A DNA stretch of 64,000 bases, from positions 1 through 64,000 of the forward strand of contig JAUQVK010000044.1 in assembly GCA_039794845.1 (NCBI GenBank), in the 5' to 3' direction. The notes beneath the pieces were generated by a model that saw only the letters and a list, made by a program, of their open reading frames with translations, made no database searches and was not told the origin of the DNA. Position 1 is the stretch's first letter. Every line of letters starts with the position of its first letter. This DNA comes from Thermostichus sp. DRC_bins_24. Lineage in GTDB: Bacteria; Cyanobacteriota; Cyanobacteriia; Thermostichales; Thermostichaceae. Shown here one piece after another: positions 48,888-57,868 of the stretch. The position numbers and the translations under genes were made by a program.

Positions 48888-49766
48888 TTAAGCAGAATAG
48901 AAGGGTTTCCCCCGCAAAGCCTCTAGAAAGGCAAAGACGGCGGGGGGATGCAGGGCGGAGGCCAGAACCGCAGCGCCGATTACTCGCTCCAGGGGAATGG
49001 GCAATCGTCGGATCTGGATCCCTTCGGGAATGGGAATGGCCGCCAGTCGAGGTAGAATGGCGGCCCCCAGACCCTGGGCGACCATATTTACAATCGTGGA
49101 GTCCTCCTTCACCAGGTAGGCCACCTTGAGGGTTTGCCGAGCGGCTTCCCAGTGGTTCCGCACCGCTGAGGTGCACTCGGCGTAGTTGTAGAGAATGTAG
49201 GAGAATTGGGAGAGATCGGCCCAACTGAGGGTTTCCGGCAGGGATCCAAAACTCAGCGGGAGCAGCAAGATGAACTCATCGCGGGCGATCTCCCAGGTCT
49301 CCAAATCCTCAGCGCTGCGGGGCAGCGGCAATAGGCCAATATCCACTTGGCCTGAGCGCAGCAACTGTTCTACGGTGGCCGGATCCTCTTCTGTAAGGGT
49401 GAGGGTAATTTGCGGGAATTGTTGCCGAAAACGGGCGATTGCCGGCGGCAGCAAATGGGTAGCAGCACTGCGAAAGGCAGCAATCCGCACACTTCCCCCC
49501 CGTAGGCCTTTTTCCAGGTTGGCCTCGTAATCCATTTGTTCACGCAGCTGCAACATTTTCCGCACATGGCGCAGCAGACGTTCTCCCACCGGAGTTGGGT
49601 GTGCCCCAAACCGCCCCCGCACCAGTAGCGTCACCCCCAGTTCTTCCTCAAGGTTGGCAATGGCTCGACTCACTGCCGATTGCGAGATGTGCAATTGCAG
49701 AGCGGCATCACTGAAGTTGCCCCGCTCCACGACTGCCACCAGGATTTGCAGTTGCGAGATGTTCAT
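48888..49766 (-). CDS. LysR family transcriptional regulator
   Basis: GNFSDAALQLHISQSAVSRAIANLE; MVAQGLG. Confidence 0.95.
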   Translation of the reverse strand: MNISQLQILVAVVERGNFSDAALQLHISQSAVSRAIANLEEELGVTLLVRGRFGAHPTPVGERLLRHVRKMLQLREQMDYEANLEKGLRGGSVRIAAFRSAATHLLPPAIARFRQQFPQITLTLTEEDPATVEQLLRSGQVDIGLLPLPRSAEDLETWEIARDEFILLLPLSFGSLPETLSWADLSQFSYILYNYAECTSAVRNHWEAARQTLKVAYLVKEDSTIVNMVAQGLGAAILPRLAAIPIPEGIQIRRLPIPLERVIGAAVLASALHPPAVFAFLEALRGKPFYSA

Positions 49767-49773
49767 GGAGCTT

Positions 49774-49796
49774 ATCTATTCGATCTGCGCATAGAT
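49774..49796. promoter_or_regulatory. Candidate LysR box (T-N11-A)
   Basis: ATCTAT-N11-ATAGAT dyad in the divergent LysR/cupin spacer. Confidence 0.6.
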
Positions 49797-49918
49797 ATGA
49801 TGCTATCTCAGGTTTGAACCCTTCACCGGAGCTGATTAAACTACGACTTAACCCTGCTTTGCAGTGGGAAAAAAGTTTCCTCATGATCATCAAATCAAAC
49901 CTATTCAGGTAGAATCTC

Positions 49919-50383
49919 ATGTTTGCCTTGCTGCCTTTTCACAAATTCCGAGATACGCCTAACGTTCGCTTTTTTGATATCACGGTTCCTCGGTCAAATG
50001 CCCGTGATTTGGTTTACCATGAGGGACCGGCCATTAGTCCACCCAACAATCCTCAGGGTTATTGGCAATTTTATTTGCACCCCCATCAAGAAGATAATCT
50101 GCTGGCTTTGTCGGGGGGGCGGACGTTTTATTTGGTGAATTTTAGTTGGCGGGATCCCTTTCATATTGTACGCCTCGAAGCCAACCGGGCTATCTTGCGC
50201 ATTCCCCCCGGCACCTTCCATCGTTCCGTCTCCGATCCTGAGGGATCCATTGTTTTGAACCAAGCGGTGCGTGCTGAAAAAGCCACCCTGGAAAACGAGT
50301 TTCGCATCTACGACAGCAGCCGTATTCCCCGATTGTTGCGGGCCACCTCTGCCCCGGCCCCGCTGCCCCGAATTTGTGCTTAA
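49919..50383 (+). CDS. RmlC-like cupin protein
   Basis: FRDTP..FFDI, YLHPHQEDNL, IPPGTFHRS. Confidence 0.75.
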   Translation: MFALLPFHKFRDTPNVRFFDITVPRSNARDLVYHEGPAISPPNNPQGYWQFYLHPHQEDNLLALSGGRTFYLVNFSWRDPFHIVRLEANRAILRIPPGTFHRSVSDPEGSIVLNQAVRAEKATLENEFRIYDSSRIPRLLRATSAPAPLPRICA

Positions 50384-50463
50384 GGGATCCGTTCGGCCGT
50401 TAAGAGTGGTGGGGAAGGTCATTTTTCTCTACCATGCGTGGAAGAATCGGGTTTGAGGTGGCT

Positions 50464-51411
50464 ATGCAGGCGGTGATCTTGGCGGGGGGGAAGGGCACTC
50501 GCTTACGGCCCTTTACCCTTTTGCAACCCAAGCCCTTGATGCCCCTCTTAGAGGTGCCCTTTTTGGAATGGATGATCGGGCGCTGTCGTCGGGTGGGCCT
50601 GACGGATATTGTGCTCAGCGTCGGCTATCTGGGCAGACAAATTGAGTCGGCTCTGGGAGATGGCAGTGCTCTTGGCGTGAAGATCCGCTATATCTCTGAA
50701 GAAACTCCTTTGGATACAGCGGGGGCCTTGGTACTGGCCCAGCCCTATTTCAGCGGGGATCCTCTGGTGGTGTTTAATGCCGACATCCTCACGGATCTGG
50801 ATTTGCAGGCCTTGATGCAGTGCCACGTGCAGAGCAAGGCTGCTGCTACCCTTACCCTCACCCGTGTAGAAGACATCACTGCCTATGGTCTGGTGGAAGT
50901 TGGTGAGGGGGGGCAGATTCGGTCTTTCCGAGAAAAACCCACGGCTGCCGAAGCTCTTACCCTCACTACGAACACGATCAACGCCGGTACCTATGTCTTG
51001 GATCCCGCCATTTTTCGGAACTACCCAAGCGGGGATCCCCTCAGCTTTGAACGACGGGTTTTCCCGGATTTGCTTAACCAAGGGCAACGGATGCAAGCCT
51101 ACCTACACGAGGGCTACTGGCGAGATTTGGGCAACCCAGCCAGCTATTACTACGGCCAGCTGGATATCCTCACAGGGCGAATGGCGGATTTCCCCCTGGA
51201 GCATGTGCAGGAACAGGCCCCTGGGGTTTGGATCCACAACACCGCCCACGTTGAACCGAGCGCTCAACTGGGATCCCCCTGCTATATCGGCGCCCATACC
51301 CAGCTGGGATCCCAAGCCCACCTTCCGGCGGGCACCATCCTCGGCAGCCACAGTTGGGTGAATGGATCCCTCAATCCAGGGGTTTATGGCCCGGGGGCTC
51401 TGGTGGTGTAG
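50464..51411 (+). CDS. NDP-sugar synthase (mannose-1-phosphate guanylyltransferase-like)
   Basis: ILAGGKGTRLRP, PKPL, FREKP, INAGTY, YWRDLG. Confidence 0.9.
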   Translation: MQAVILAGGKGTRLRPFTLLQPKPLMPLLEVPFLEWMIGRCRRVGLTDIVLSVGYLGRQIESALGDGSALGVKIRYISEETPLDTAGALVLAQPYFSGDPLVVFNADILTDLDLQALMQCHVQSKAAATLTLTRVEDITAYGLVEVGEGGQIRSFREKPTAAEALTLTTNTINAGTYVLDPAIFRNYPSGDPLSFERRVFPDLLNQGQRMQAYLHEGYWRDLGNPASYYYGQLDILTGRMADFPLEHVQEQAPGVWIHNTAHVEPSAQLGSPCYIGAHTQLGSQAHLPAGTILGSHSWVNGSLNPGVYGPGALVV

Positions 51412-51434
51412 ATTGAGTGGTGTAGATTGAAAAA

Positions 51435-52145
51435 ATGGAGCTACCACAAACTGGGGAACGTTGGGATCCCTACCTCTCAGCCGTAGCCGCTCGCTATAAC
51501 CGGGAGCTGGAGATTCAACTGGGCCAGCCGGGCTGGCAACTCCCCCCCGACTTGGAGCAGCTGCCCTTTTGGCAAGCTTGCCGGCGGGATCATCTGCAGG
51601 AGCGCCTTGGGATCCCCTATTTTCAGTTGCGCACGCCCCGAAGACGGGAAGCCTGTCTGGATTTGGGCTGTGGGGTGGGTTTCCTCACCTATCCTTGGAA
51701 CGATTGGCAGGCTGCCTTCTATGGCCATGAGCTGAGCGGCTCGATTGTGCGCTTCATTCGCTCGCGGGCACCTCAACTGAACTCGAAGCTGTTCAAATCC
51801 ATGCAGCAGGGAGCCGCCCATCACCTGGAAAACTACGAGCCAGAGCAGTTTGATTTGGCCATTGCCACCGGTTTTTTGTACTACTACCCAATTGACTACT
51901 TCGAGCTGGTTTGGGCGGAGCTAATGCGGGTGCTGCGGCCGGCTGCGCCTATTCTGATTGAAGTGATCAACCCAGAGTCGGCATGGGCAGAACAGTGGGG
52001 ATTGATCGAGTTGTTCAAAGGCACAGAACCGATTTTTACCCCCCTATCTGAGTGGGAACGACGCATTGCTGAGTTGGGGGGCAAAATTCAGAAACAAGCC
52101 AGTGGAGAACTGTTTACCACCTACTGGATCCAACGCAAGCGTTAG
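51435..52145 (+). CDS. Class I SAM-dependent methyltransferase
   Basis: LDLGCGVG, FDLAIATG, RVLRP. Confidence 0.85.
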   Translation: MELPQTGERWDPYLSAVAARYNRELEIQLGQPGWQLPPDLEQLPFWQACRRDHLQERLGIPYFQLRTPRRREACLDLGCGVGFLTYPWNDWQAAFYGHELSGSIVRFIRSRAPQLNSKLFKSMQQGAAHHLENYEPEQFDLAIATGFLYYYPIDYFELVWAELMRVLRPAAPILIEVINPESAWAEQWGLIELFKGTEPIFTPLSEWERRIAELGGKIQKQASGELFTTYWIQRKR

Positions 52146-52290
52146 AAGTCTGAAAACCCATTTTGAGAAAGCCATCGGGAAGAAAAGCCCAAAGGAAGGG
52201 TTCATCCCCAAAACTGGCCAATACGCCGACGATTCGGGATAATGAATTTATTAAGAAGTGTAATCCTTGGCAGGGGATCCACGGCCACCC

Positions 52291-52833
52291 ATGCACGCTT
52301 CCTCCTCCACCCTTCTTCTGGTTGATGGCTACAACATCATTGGAGCCTGGCCCACCCTGAACAAGTTGGCGCGGCGTTCCCTGATGGAGTTGGCTCGTTT
52401 GCGGCTGGTGGAGTCTTTGGCCAGCTATGTGGCCTTTCGGGGCTACCGAGCGACCGTGGTGTACGACTCTTACGCTCAGCCCACCCCAGTCCAGCAGGAG
52501 CGCTCCCCTTCTGGTATTGAGATCCTGTACACCCCCTATGGCGAAACCGCCGATACCTGCATCGAACGGCTGTGTGCTCAGCTGCAGTGGGATGAGTGTC
52601 GGGTGCGGGTAGCCACTTCAGACCGGCTACAGCAGTTGGTGATCGGCGGCTATGATGCCGAGTACATCTCGGCGGAGCAACTTTGGGAAGAAGTGCAACA
52701 GGCTCAGCAGCAGATCCGGCGCATTAAACCCAAGCAGCTGCCGGGCAGGCGGGGCATCGATTCTTACTTGGATGCGGAAACCCTCTCTCGTCTGAACCGC
52801 TGGCGACTGCTGGGGCGGGACCCCGTGGATTGA
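52291..52833 (+). CDS. NYN domain ribonuclease (YacP/Rae1-like)
   Basis: LLVDGYNII, VVYD, ETADTCIE, VATSD. Confidence 0.9.
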   Translation: MHASSSTLLLVDGYNIIGAWPTLNKLARRSLMELARLRLVESLASYVAFRGYRATVVYDSYAQPTPVQQERSPSGIEILYTPYGETADTCIERLCAQLQWDECRVRVATSDRLQQLVIGGYDAEYISAEQLWEEVQQAQQQIRRIKPKQLPGRRGIDSYLDAETLSRLNRWRLLGRDPVD

Positions 52834-52916
52834 TCGGGCAACCCTGAATGGTGCTGCCCTTCCAGCGGTCAGGCCCGACAACCCCAGTCGGCCAAAATAG
52901 GGGATGAACCTGACTC

Positions 52917-53044
52917 TGTGGTCATTGTCATTAAGGCTGAAACAGCCTCCCTCACCCCCTGCGCACAGCGTGGCACTAGCCGTAACCCCTCTTCTGGAGC
53001 GGGAGAAGGGCTTAAACGTCTCTTTCTGATCTGGAATAGCTATA
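52917..53044. repeat. MITE-like/REP element (same family as 41581)
   Basis: gtcattgtcattaaggctgaaacag..ccctcacccc matches the 41581 copy; carries a 23-nt insert; ends gaatagctata. Confidence 0.65.
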
Positions 53045-53528
53045 TGCCTTTTTCGTCACTCTAGGTAGAGGAGAACAGAATTGAGGTAGACATCCAAAAC
53101 CATCGGGATGAATTTAACTTCTCTTAACTTCTCGATGAGTCGGGATAGACCTATCGATAGTTCAAAAATAATATAAACTCTCAACCAACTCGCAAGATTG
53201 CTCAAATGGTTCCAAGGCTCAAAACGATGTTCTTGCAAATCAGAAACCAACCAGGGATTGATGGCTTTCTACCCCAACATGGCGAGCAATGGCAGGCAAG
53301 CTCTTCCGCTTCATCGGGGAAAGTAAACCCAAAAGGATAAGCTTAAAAAACTCGAAGCTTCGTACTTCAGGAAAGTGGGGGCGGTAGGCTTCACAGTAGT
53401 CATCAATGACTTGAGTCATCAATGACTTGAAGGGTGGGTGGTGCCTGACGAGCTAAAGTCGTGGCCAGGTAAGGAGTTCAGCTTTTCCCTCAAGCCTAGC
53501 CTGCCCATACTGACAAAAGAGGTCTATA
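53041..53528 (-). mobile_element. Internally deleted IS701-family element
   Basis: VIDDYCEAYRPHFPEVRSFEFFK..KRKSLPAIA N-terminus joined to a C-terminal fragment; imperfect TIRs tatatgcctttttcgtcact / tatagacctcttttgtcagt; TATA at both ends. Confidence 0.8.
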
Positions 53529-53668
53529 GTCACTCTAAACAAGAACAATACACTTTCTGACCCCCGTCTCCCACTCTGGGAGAGCTGCTACGGCCGGTGC
53601 CACGCTGCGCGAAGGGGTGAGGGCAGGTGTTGCAAACTCCATTCACAAACTCAATTCAAAGGACTACG
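53525..53668. repeat. MITE-like/REP element with the REP core in the opposite orientation
   Basis: Starts tatagtcactctaaa; ctccc..gggagag..ggggtgaggg with a 23-nt insert; ends caaaggactacg. Confidence 0.6.
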
Positions 53669-53762
53669 GGTCTACTCCAGGTCACTTCAGGAGGATCCTC
53701 CCCCCTCTTTCCAAGCAGAGAGCAAGCGCTGTGGCCCCTCTGGTGACTCGACTTGGCCCTAA

Positions 53763-53836
53763 TCGGGATGACAGGATTTGAACCTGCGGCCCTCTGCTCC
53801 CAAAGCAGATGCGCTACCAAGCTGCGCTACATCCCG
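53763..53836 (-). tRNA. trnP: tRNA-Pro(TGG)
   Basis: cgggatgtagcgcagcttggtagcgcatctgcttTGGgagcagagggccgcaggttcaaatcctgtcatcccga. Confidence 0.97.
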
Positions 53837-53893
53837 GTTTGACTTTTGCGATTATGACAGATTCTACGCCTGGGTGCACAGGTTAGGAATTGA

Positions 53894-54325
53894 TTAGGAA
53901 TTGAGCATCTTTGCCGGCATCACAATCAGCGTGTTGCCCTGTCGCTCCACCACGTAACGCCCTTGACCGGCTTGAATTTCTAAAGTGGGGATGCTGCACT
54001 TGGCGTTCCAGGTCGATCCAAGATAAGAAACCCGACCCCGTTCCCCGGCAGGAATGGCTGTGACCGCCCGCGCCTCCCGAGATTCCTCAAGCTGGGCCGA
54101 CCCATGGGGCACCAAGCGGCGACTAAGAATGACAAACACAATCGACGTGCCAATCCAGGCGGAAAACTGCACCCAAATGGGCAACCCCAAGTAGGCCAAT
54201 AGCCCCGCTAAGAGCGCCGCCAAACCTACTGAGCCGGCAACCAACTCCGGCAAAAACAGCTCAGCTGCAATTAAGACCAACCCGACGATGATCCAAGGCA
54301 GAACCATAACATCCAGGGATCCCAC
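53894..54325 (-). CDS. NfeD family protein
   Basis: AELFLP TM region; GRVSYLGSTWNA OB-fold; GNTLIV. Confidence 0.9.
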   Translation of the reverse strand: MGSLDVMVLPWIIVGLVLIAAELFLPELVAGSVGLAALLAGLLAYLGLPIWVQFSAWIGTSIVFVILSRRLVPHGSAQLEESREARAVTAIPAGERGRVSYLGSTWNAKCSIPTLEIQAGQGRYVVERQGNTLIVMPAKMLNS

Positions 54326-54402
54326 TGCATTCAGTATGGCCCAAAACTTCCCTATGCTTGGCAGGGATCCCCGATGTCAGTCACGGATGTCCGGGATCCT
54401 AT

Positions 54403-54657
54403 TCAGGGTTGAGATCCGGGGAAATAACTATCCAAAACCTGGAGGGGATCCGATTTTTGCGGGGGTAAGTTCTTGGATTCGGCGATATTCATCAACGTAT
54501 CCCAGTCGGTGCTCATGACAAAGGCAACCGCCTGGCGAGCCGCTTCCCGGTGTGGACAAGCCTCACCCAGAACGCACCCATCTCTGCAAAGAGTGGCGCA
54601 GTCGTGCTCCACGCGACCTAGAGGGTTACCAGTGCTACTGGGATCCGGGCCAGCCAT
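54403..54657 (-). CDS. Small Cys-containing hypothetical protein
   Basis: CATLCRDGCVLGEACPH...WDTLMNIAE. Confidence 0.65.
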   Translation of the reverse strand: MAGPDPSSTGNPLGRVEHDCATLCRDGCVLGEACPHREAARQAVAFVMSTDWDTLMNIAESKNLPPQKSDPLQVLDSYFPGSQP

Positions 54658-54775
54658 AACGTCCTCTCTCTTTTCTCGGCTCTCTCTTTAGAATACCTGA
54701 AGAGAATCTTGCGCTTGAGCCGGATCCTTGTCAGAGCGTTTAGCTTGGGGAGAGCTACAGAGGAGCAGCCGCAAG

Positions 54776-54970
54776 ATGGAGTTTCCACAACTGCAGGAGC
54801 TGGTGGATCGGGCTTTGGAAGACAAGAAGCTCACCCGTATGGAAATGGATCAGATTGTGACGGCCATCCGAGCCGATGGCAAAGTTTCTCCCGAAGAGGC
54901 GCAGTTACTTGATTCTATTCGCCAGATGGTGCTCCGCCGCGAGATTCAGGTGGTGGAAACCGCCGATTGA
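54776..54970 (+). CDS. Small hypothetical protein
   Basis: ALEDKKLTRME...IRADGKVSPEE; GAGGAG SD upstream. Confidence 0.65.
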   Translation: MEFPQLQELVDRALEDKKLTRMEMDQIVTAIRADGKVSPEEAQLLDSIRQMVLRREIQVVETAD

Positions 54971-56022
54971 TAGACAGGAGTCTCTTTTTGGAGGTAGAGG
55001 GTCACTTCGCTGCGGTTGTGAAACAGTTGGCGGGCCTTCACCACCGGGAAGGCGCTCCGCAAGATGTCCAGGGTTTGCTGCAGCACCTGTAGGCGACGGT
55101 GACCGGGCAACTTCAGAGTCATCACTGCTGCCCCGGTCGGTTCCAGATGGGGGGCAAAGGCCACCATCAACCGGGCGGAATCGCGGCCATCCATGCGCAT
55201 GTCGTTGAGAATGAGGTGAAACTGGCCGGGGCGGCTGGCCAAATAAGCTTGAGCGCTGAGACGACGATGGTGAATACCGGGATCCTGAGCCAATCGCCCA
55301 TCCAACTCCGCCGGATCCACTGCCGTCACCTCTTGTCCCCGGAGCCGCAAAACCCGCGACCATCCCCCTGGAGCGGCCCCCAAGTCCAGGGCTCGTCCCC
55401 CCGGTTGCAAGGGTACCTGAAACACCTGAATCGCCTCCAGTAGCTTAAATTCTGCCCGGCTGATCTGCCCCGGATCCCGCCGAAAACGATGGATCCCACC
55501 GGCCCAGTTGGAGAGGTTTTGCGTCGCCTCTGATAAGCCCAGCCACACTTGGATCCCCTCCGCTTGAGCCAGGATCACCACCGAGAGAATCTGCCGGGGA
55601 TCCTTCACCTCCAGGGGAGCACCTGTAGCCGAGATCACATGTTCTGCCAGGGCTTGGTTCACCTGAAAGGGCTTGAGACGGAGTTCGCCAAACAGGCGAG
55701 TTTGTACGGAAAAGCTCAGGGCTGGGTCGATGCCCTCGACCATTTCCGGGCTGAGGCTCAATTCTGCCAGGGATCCCTCTGGTAGCAGCCATTCTCGGTG
55801 AATGGGGCAAATGTGGCGCAAAAAAATCGGCGGGGAGAGTTGCCAAGCGCGAGCGAGGGCAGCAAAAGAGCGCTGACTGCACACCCACAGTAGCCCCGGT
55901 GCCGTCGCAAGTCTACGAACGGTGGCCTCTGGATCGGCGGCCTCCACCTCGGCTATGGCCAGCTCCAGAAACTCGGGATTGGCGGTGCCCAGCCAAGTAT
56001 GGGTATCGGGTAGGGGTCTCAA
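54946..56022 (-). CDS. FtsJ/RlmM-like RNA methyltransferase
   Basis: [35 protein letters not shown] start overlaps the leuD stop. Confidence 0.85.
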   Translation of the reverse strand: MRPLPDTHTWLGTANPEFLELAIAEVEAADPEATVRRLATAPGLLWVCSQRSFAALARAWQLSPPIFLRHICPIHREWLLPEGSLAELSLSPEMVEGIDPALSFSVQTRLFGELRLKPFQVNQALAEHVISATGAPLEVKDPRQILSVVILAQAEGIQVWLGLSEATQNLSNWAGGIHRFRRDPGQISRAEFKLLEAIQVFQVPLQPGGRALDLGAAPGGWSRVLRLRGQEVTAVDPAELDGRLAQDPGIHHRRLSAQAYLASRPGQFHLILNDMRMDGRDSARLMVAFAPHLEPTGAAVMTLKLPGHRRLQVLQQTLDILRSAFPVVKARQLFHNRSEVTLYLQKETPVYQSAVSTT

Positions 56023-56633
56023 CTGGCTATGGATCCCGGGGCAGACCAACGCACATAGGGCAAAGAGGCCGCCACCTGCCGGATTTGCGCTTGGGCCGCC
56101 AGCAACTGCCCTGTGGCATCCCAAGTGCCTTGCACCAGCATTTGCCAAGCCCCCTGCGGAATTTCCACGGCAGCCCTGTTGCCATCCCAGTACACCTGTT
56201 TGTTGGGCAGATCCAGGCTCAGTTGCAGCTGCGGGTTTTCGGCGATCGCCCTTTGCAGGGTTTGGGCCACCGCAGCAGGCACGGTTACACAGGGGATCCC
56301 GATGGCCAGACAGTTGCCAAAGAAAATCTCGGCAAAACTTTCCCCGATGAGGGCGCGGATCCCCCACTTCACGATCGCTTGCGGCGCATGTTCCCGGCTG
56401 GAACCGCAGCCAAAGTTGGCATTCACCACCAAAATCTCGGCCCCTTGATACTGGGGTTGGTCAAAGGGGTGCTGCCCTCGCTCTTGAGCGCGGTCGTCCT
56501 CAAACACATGCTGGCCTAAGCCCTCAAAGGTGACGCACTTCAAAAAGCGGGCCGGAATGATTCGATCCGTATCGATGTCGTTGCCCAGCAGCGGGATCCC
56601 CCGACCCGTGATGGTTAAAACTTCGCTCGGCAT
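56019..56633 (-). CDS. leuD: 3-isopropylmalate dehydratase small subunit
   Basis: [31 protein letters not shown]. Confidence 0.97.
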   Translation of the reverse strand: MPSEVLTITGRGIPLLGNDIDTDRIIPARFLKCVTFEGLGQHVFEDDRAQERGQHPFDQPQYQGAEILVVNANFGCGSSREHAPQAIVKWGIRALIGESFAEIFFGNCLAIGIPCVTVPAAVAQTLQRAIAENPQLQLSLDLPNKQVYWDGNRAAVEIPQGAWQMLVQGTWDATGQLLAAQAQIRQVAASLPYVRWSAPGSIAS

Positions 56634-56665
56634 ATTGTTTAGTCCCACCCTTGAACCCAGGAGAC

Positions 56666-56992
56666 TTACTTGCGGTAAACCTGATTCTCCAAATTGCGCA
56701 CCTGCCGCTCCAGCCGATCCAACCGCCCCCGCAGTTCGTCCATTTCCGATTGGCGGGGCACTCCCAAATCCTGCAGGACGTTGCGCACCTGCCGCTGAAC
56801 GTAGGATTCTACGTTGCTCTGCTCCGACTTGACTTGGTTGAGCAGGCTGTTGATCACATTGGATGCCTCTTCCGGGTTGAGCTGCCCCTTCTGCACCAAA
56901 TCGTCGGCGGCCTTCTTCAGCTGCTCCGCCAATAGGGTGGTTGTGCCCACACCCATCAGCAAGAGCTGACGTAAGATACTGTTGTTATCCAA
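56666..56992 (-). CDS. Phasin (PhaF-like) family protein
   Basis: LLLMGVG...DDLVQKGQL...[20 protein letters not shown]. Confidence 0.75.
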   Translation of the reverse strand: MDNNSILRQLLLMGVGTTTLLAEQLKKAADDLVQKGQLNPEEASNVINSLLNQVKSEQSNVESYVQRQVRNVLQDLGVPRQSEMDELRGRLDRLERQVRNLENQVYRK

Positions 56993-57019
56993 TGCTGCCC
57001 TCCATCGGTACGGGCCTTC

Positions 57020-57364
57020 ATGACTACCCATTCTCCCCAGTTTGTCCTTAACTTTGCAACCGGGTCAGCGAGTTTCTCTCTTTCTGCTGAGGCGGCATTG
57101 GAATTGCAAGAAGCCCTACAAACCCTTTTAGAACGGCTCAAGGTTAGTTCAAGGGGCCCTCAACGGCAGCCTCAGGCTCCAGTCGAGTTTCATCACCGTG
57201 CCGAAAACTTGAACTTGGAAGTGTTCTGCAATCCGAATATCTGGCCTAGCCCCCATGCCGCCAAAGTGTTGGTGACCTTGAAAACCCAAGTGTTGCGCCT
57301 TTCGACTGAAGTGGAGTTGTCTCGCCTGCAGGAAGACCTCAGCCAATATCTGGAGGTCCTTTGA
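57020..57364 (+). CDS. Conserved cyanobacterial hypothetical protein
   Basis: LEVFCNPNIWPSPHAAKVL motif. Confidence 0.75.
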   Translation: MTTHSPQFVLNFATGSASFSLSAEAALELQEALQTLLERLKVSSRGPQRQPQAPVEFHHRAENLNLEVFCNPNIWPSPHAAKVLVTLKTQVLRLSTEVELSRLQEDLSQYLEVL

Positions 57365-57840
57365 TGGTTGAAGACCTGCAACCCTCGCAAAAGGATCCCA
57401 AGGTGATCATGGTGATGCAACTGCTGGACGAACCTCCGGGAGGGATCCCGTCCCGGTTGGAGATAGTCACCCTCAGTTGGCACGACCGCCAGCGCTCGCG
57501 GCAACGACTGGTGAGCAATTGGGGCACGGAAATTCAGTTGATGCTGCCCCGGGGCACCCACCTCCAGGATGGGGATTTGCTCTACGCGGATGCCCAGCGC
57601 CAAATTCGCGTCAAGGCCCAAGCCGAGCCTGTGCTCTTGATCCAGCCGGAGAATGTCTTGCAAATGGGCCGGGTTCTCCACCAAATGGGCAACTGGCATC
57701 GCCCCGCCCAAGTTCTCCCGGAAGGACAGGTGCTGGCGTTGGCCGATGACCCGCTGCGGGATTGGTTAACCCATCTGGGGATCCCGTTTCAAGAGGCTAC
57801 AAAGCCTTTTCACCCCAACTTGCTGGCCCACAGCCACTAG
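57364..57840 (+). CDS. ureE: Urease accessory protein UreE
   Basis: LSWHDRQRSRQRL, LPRGTHLQDGD, HQMGNWH, C-terminal HSH. Confidence 0.85.
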   Translation: MVEDLQPSQKDPKVIMVMQLLDEPPGGIPSRLEIVTLSWHDRQRSRQRLVSNWGTEIQLMLPRGTHLQDGDLLYADAQRQIRVKAQAEPVLLIQPENVLQMGRVLHQMGNWHRPAQVLPEGQVLALADDPLRDWLTHLGIPFQEATKPFHPNLLAHSH

Positions 57841-57868
57841 CGGATCGGGATCCTGAAGGGCCACCAGA

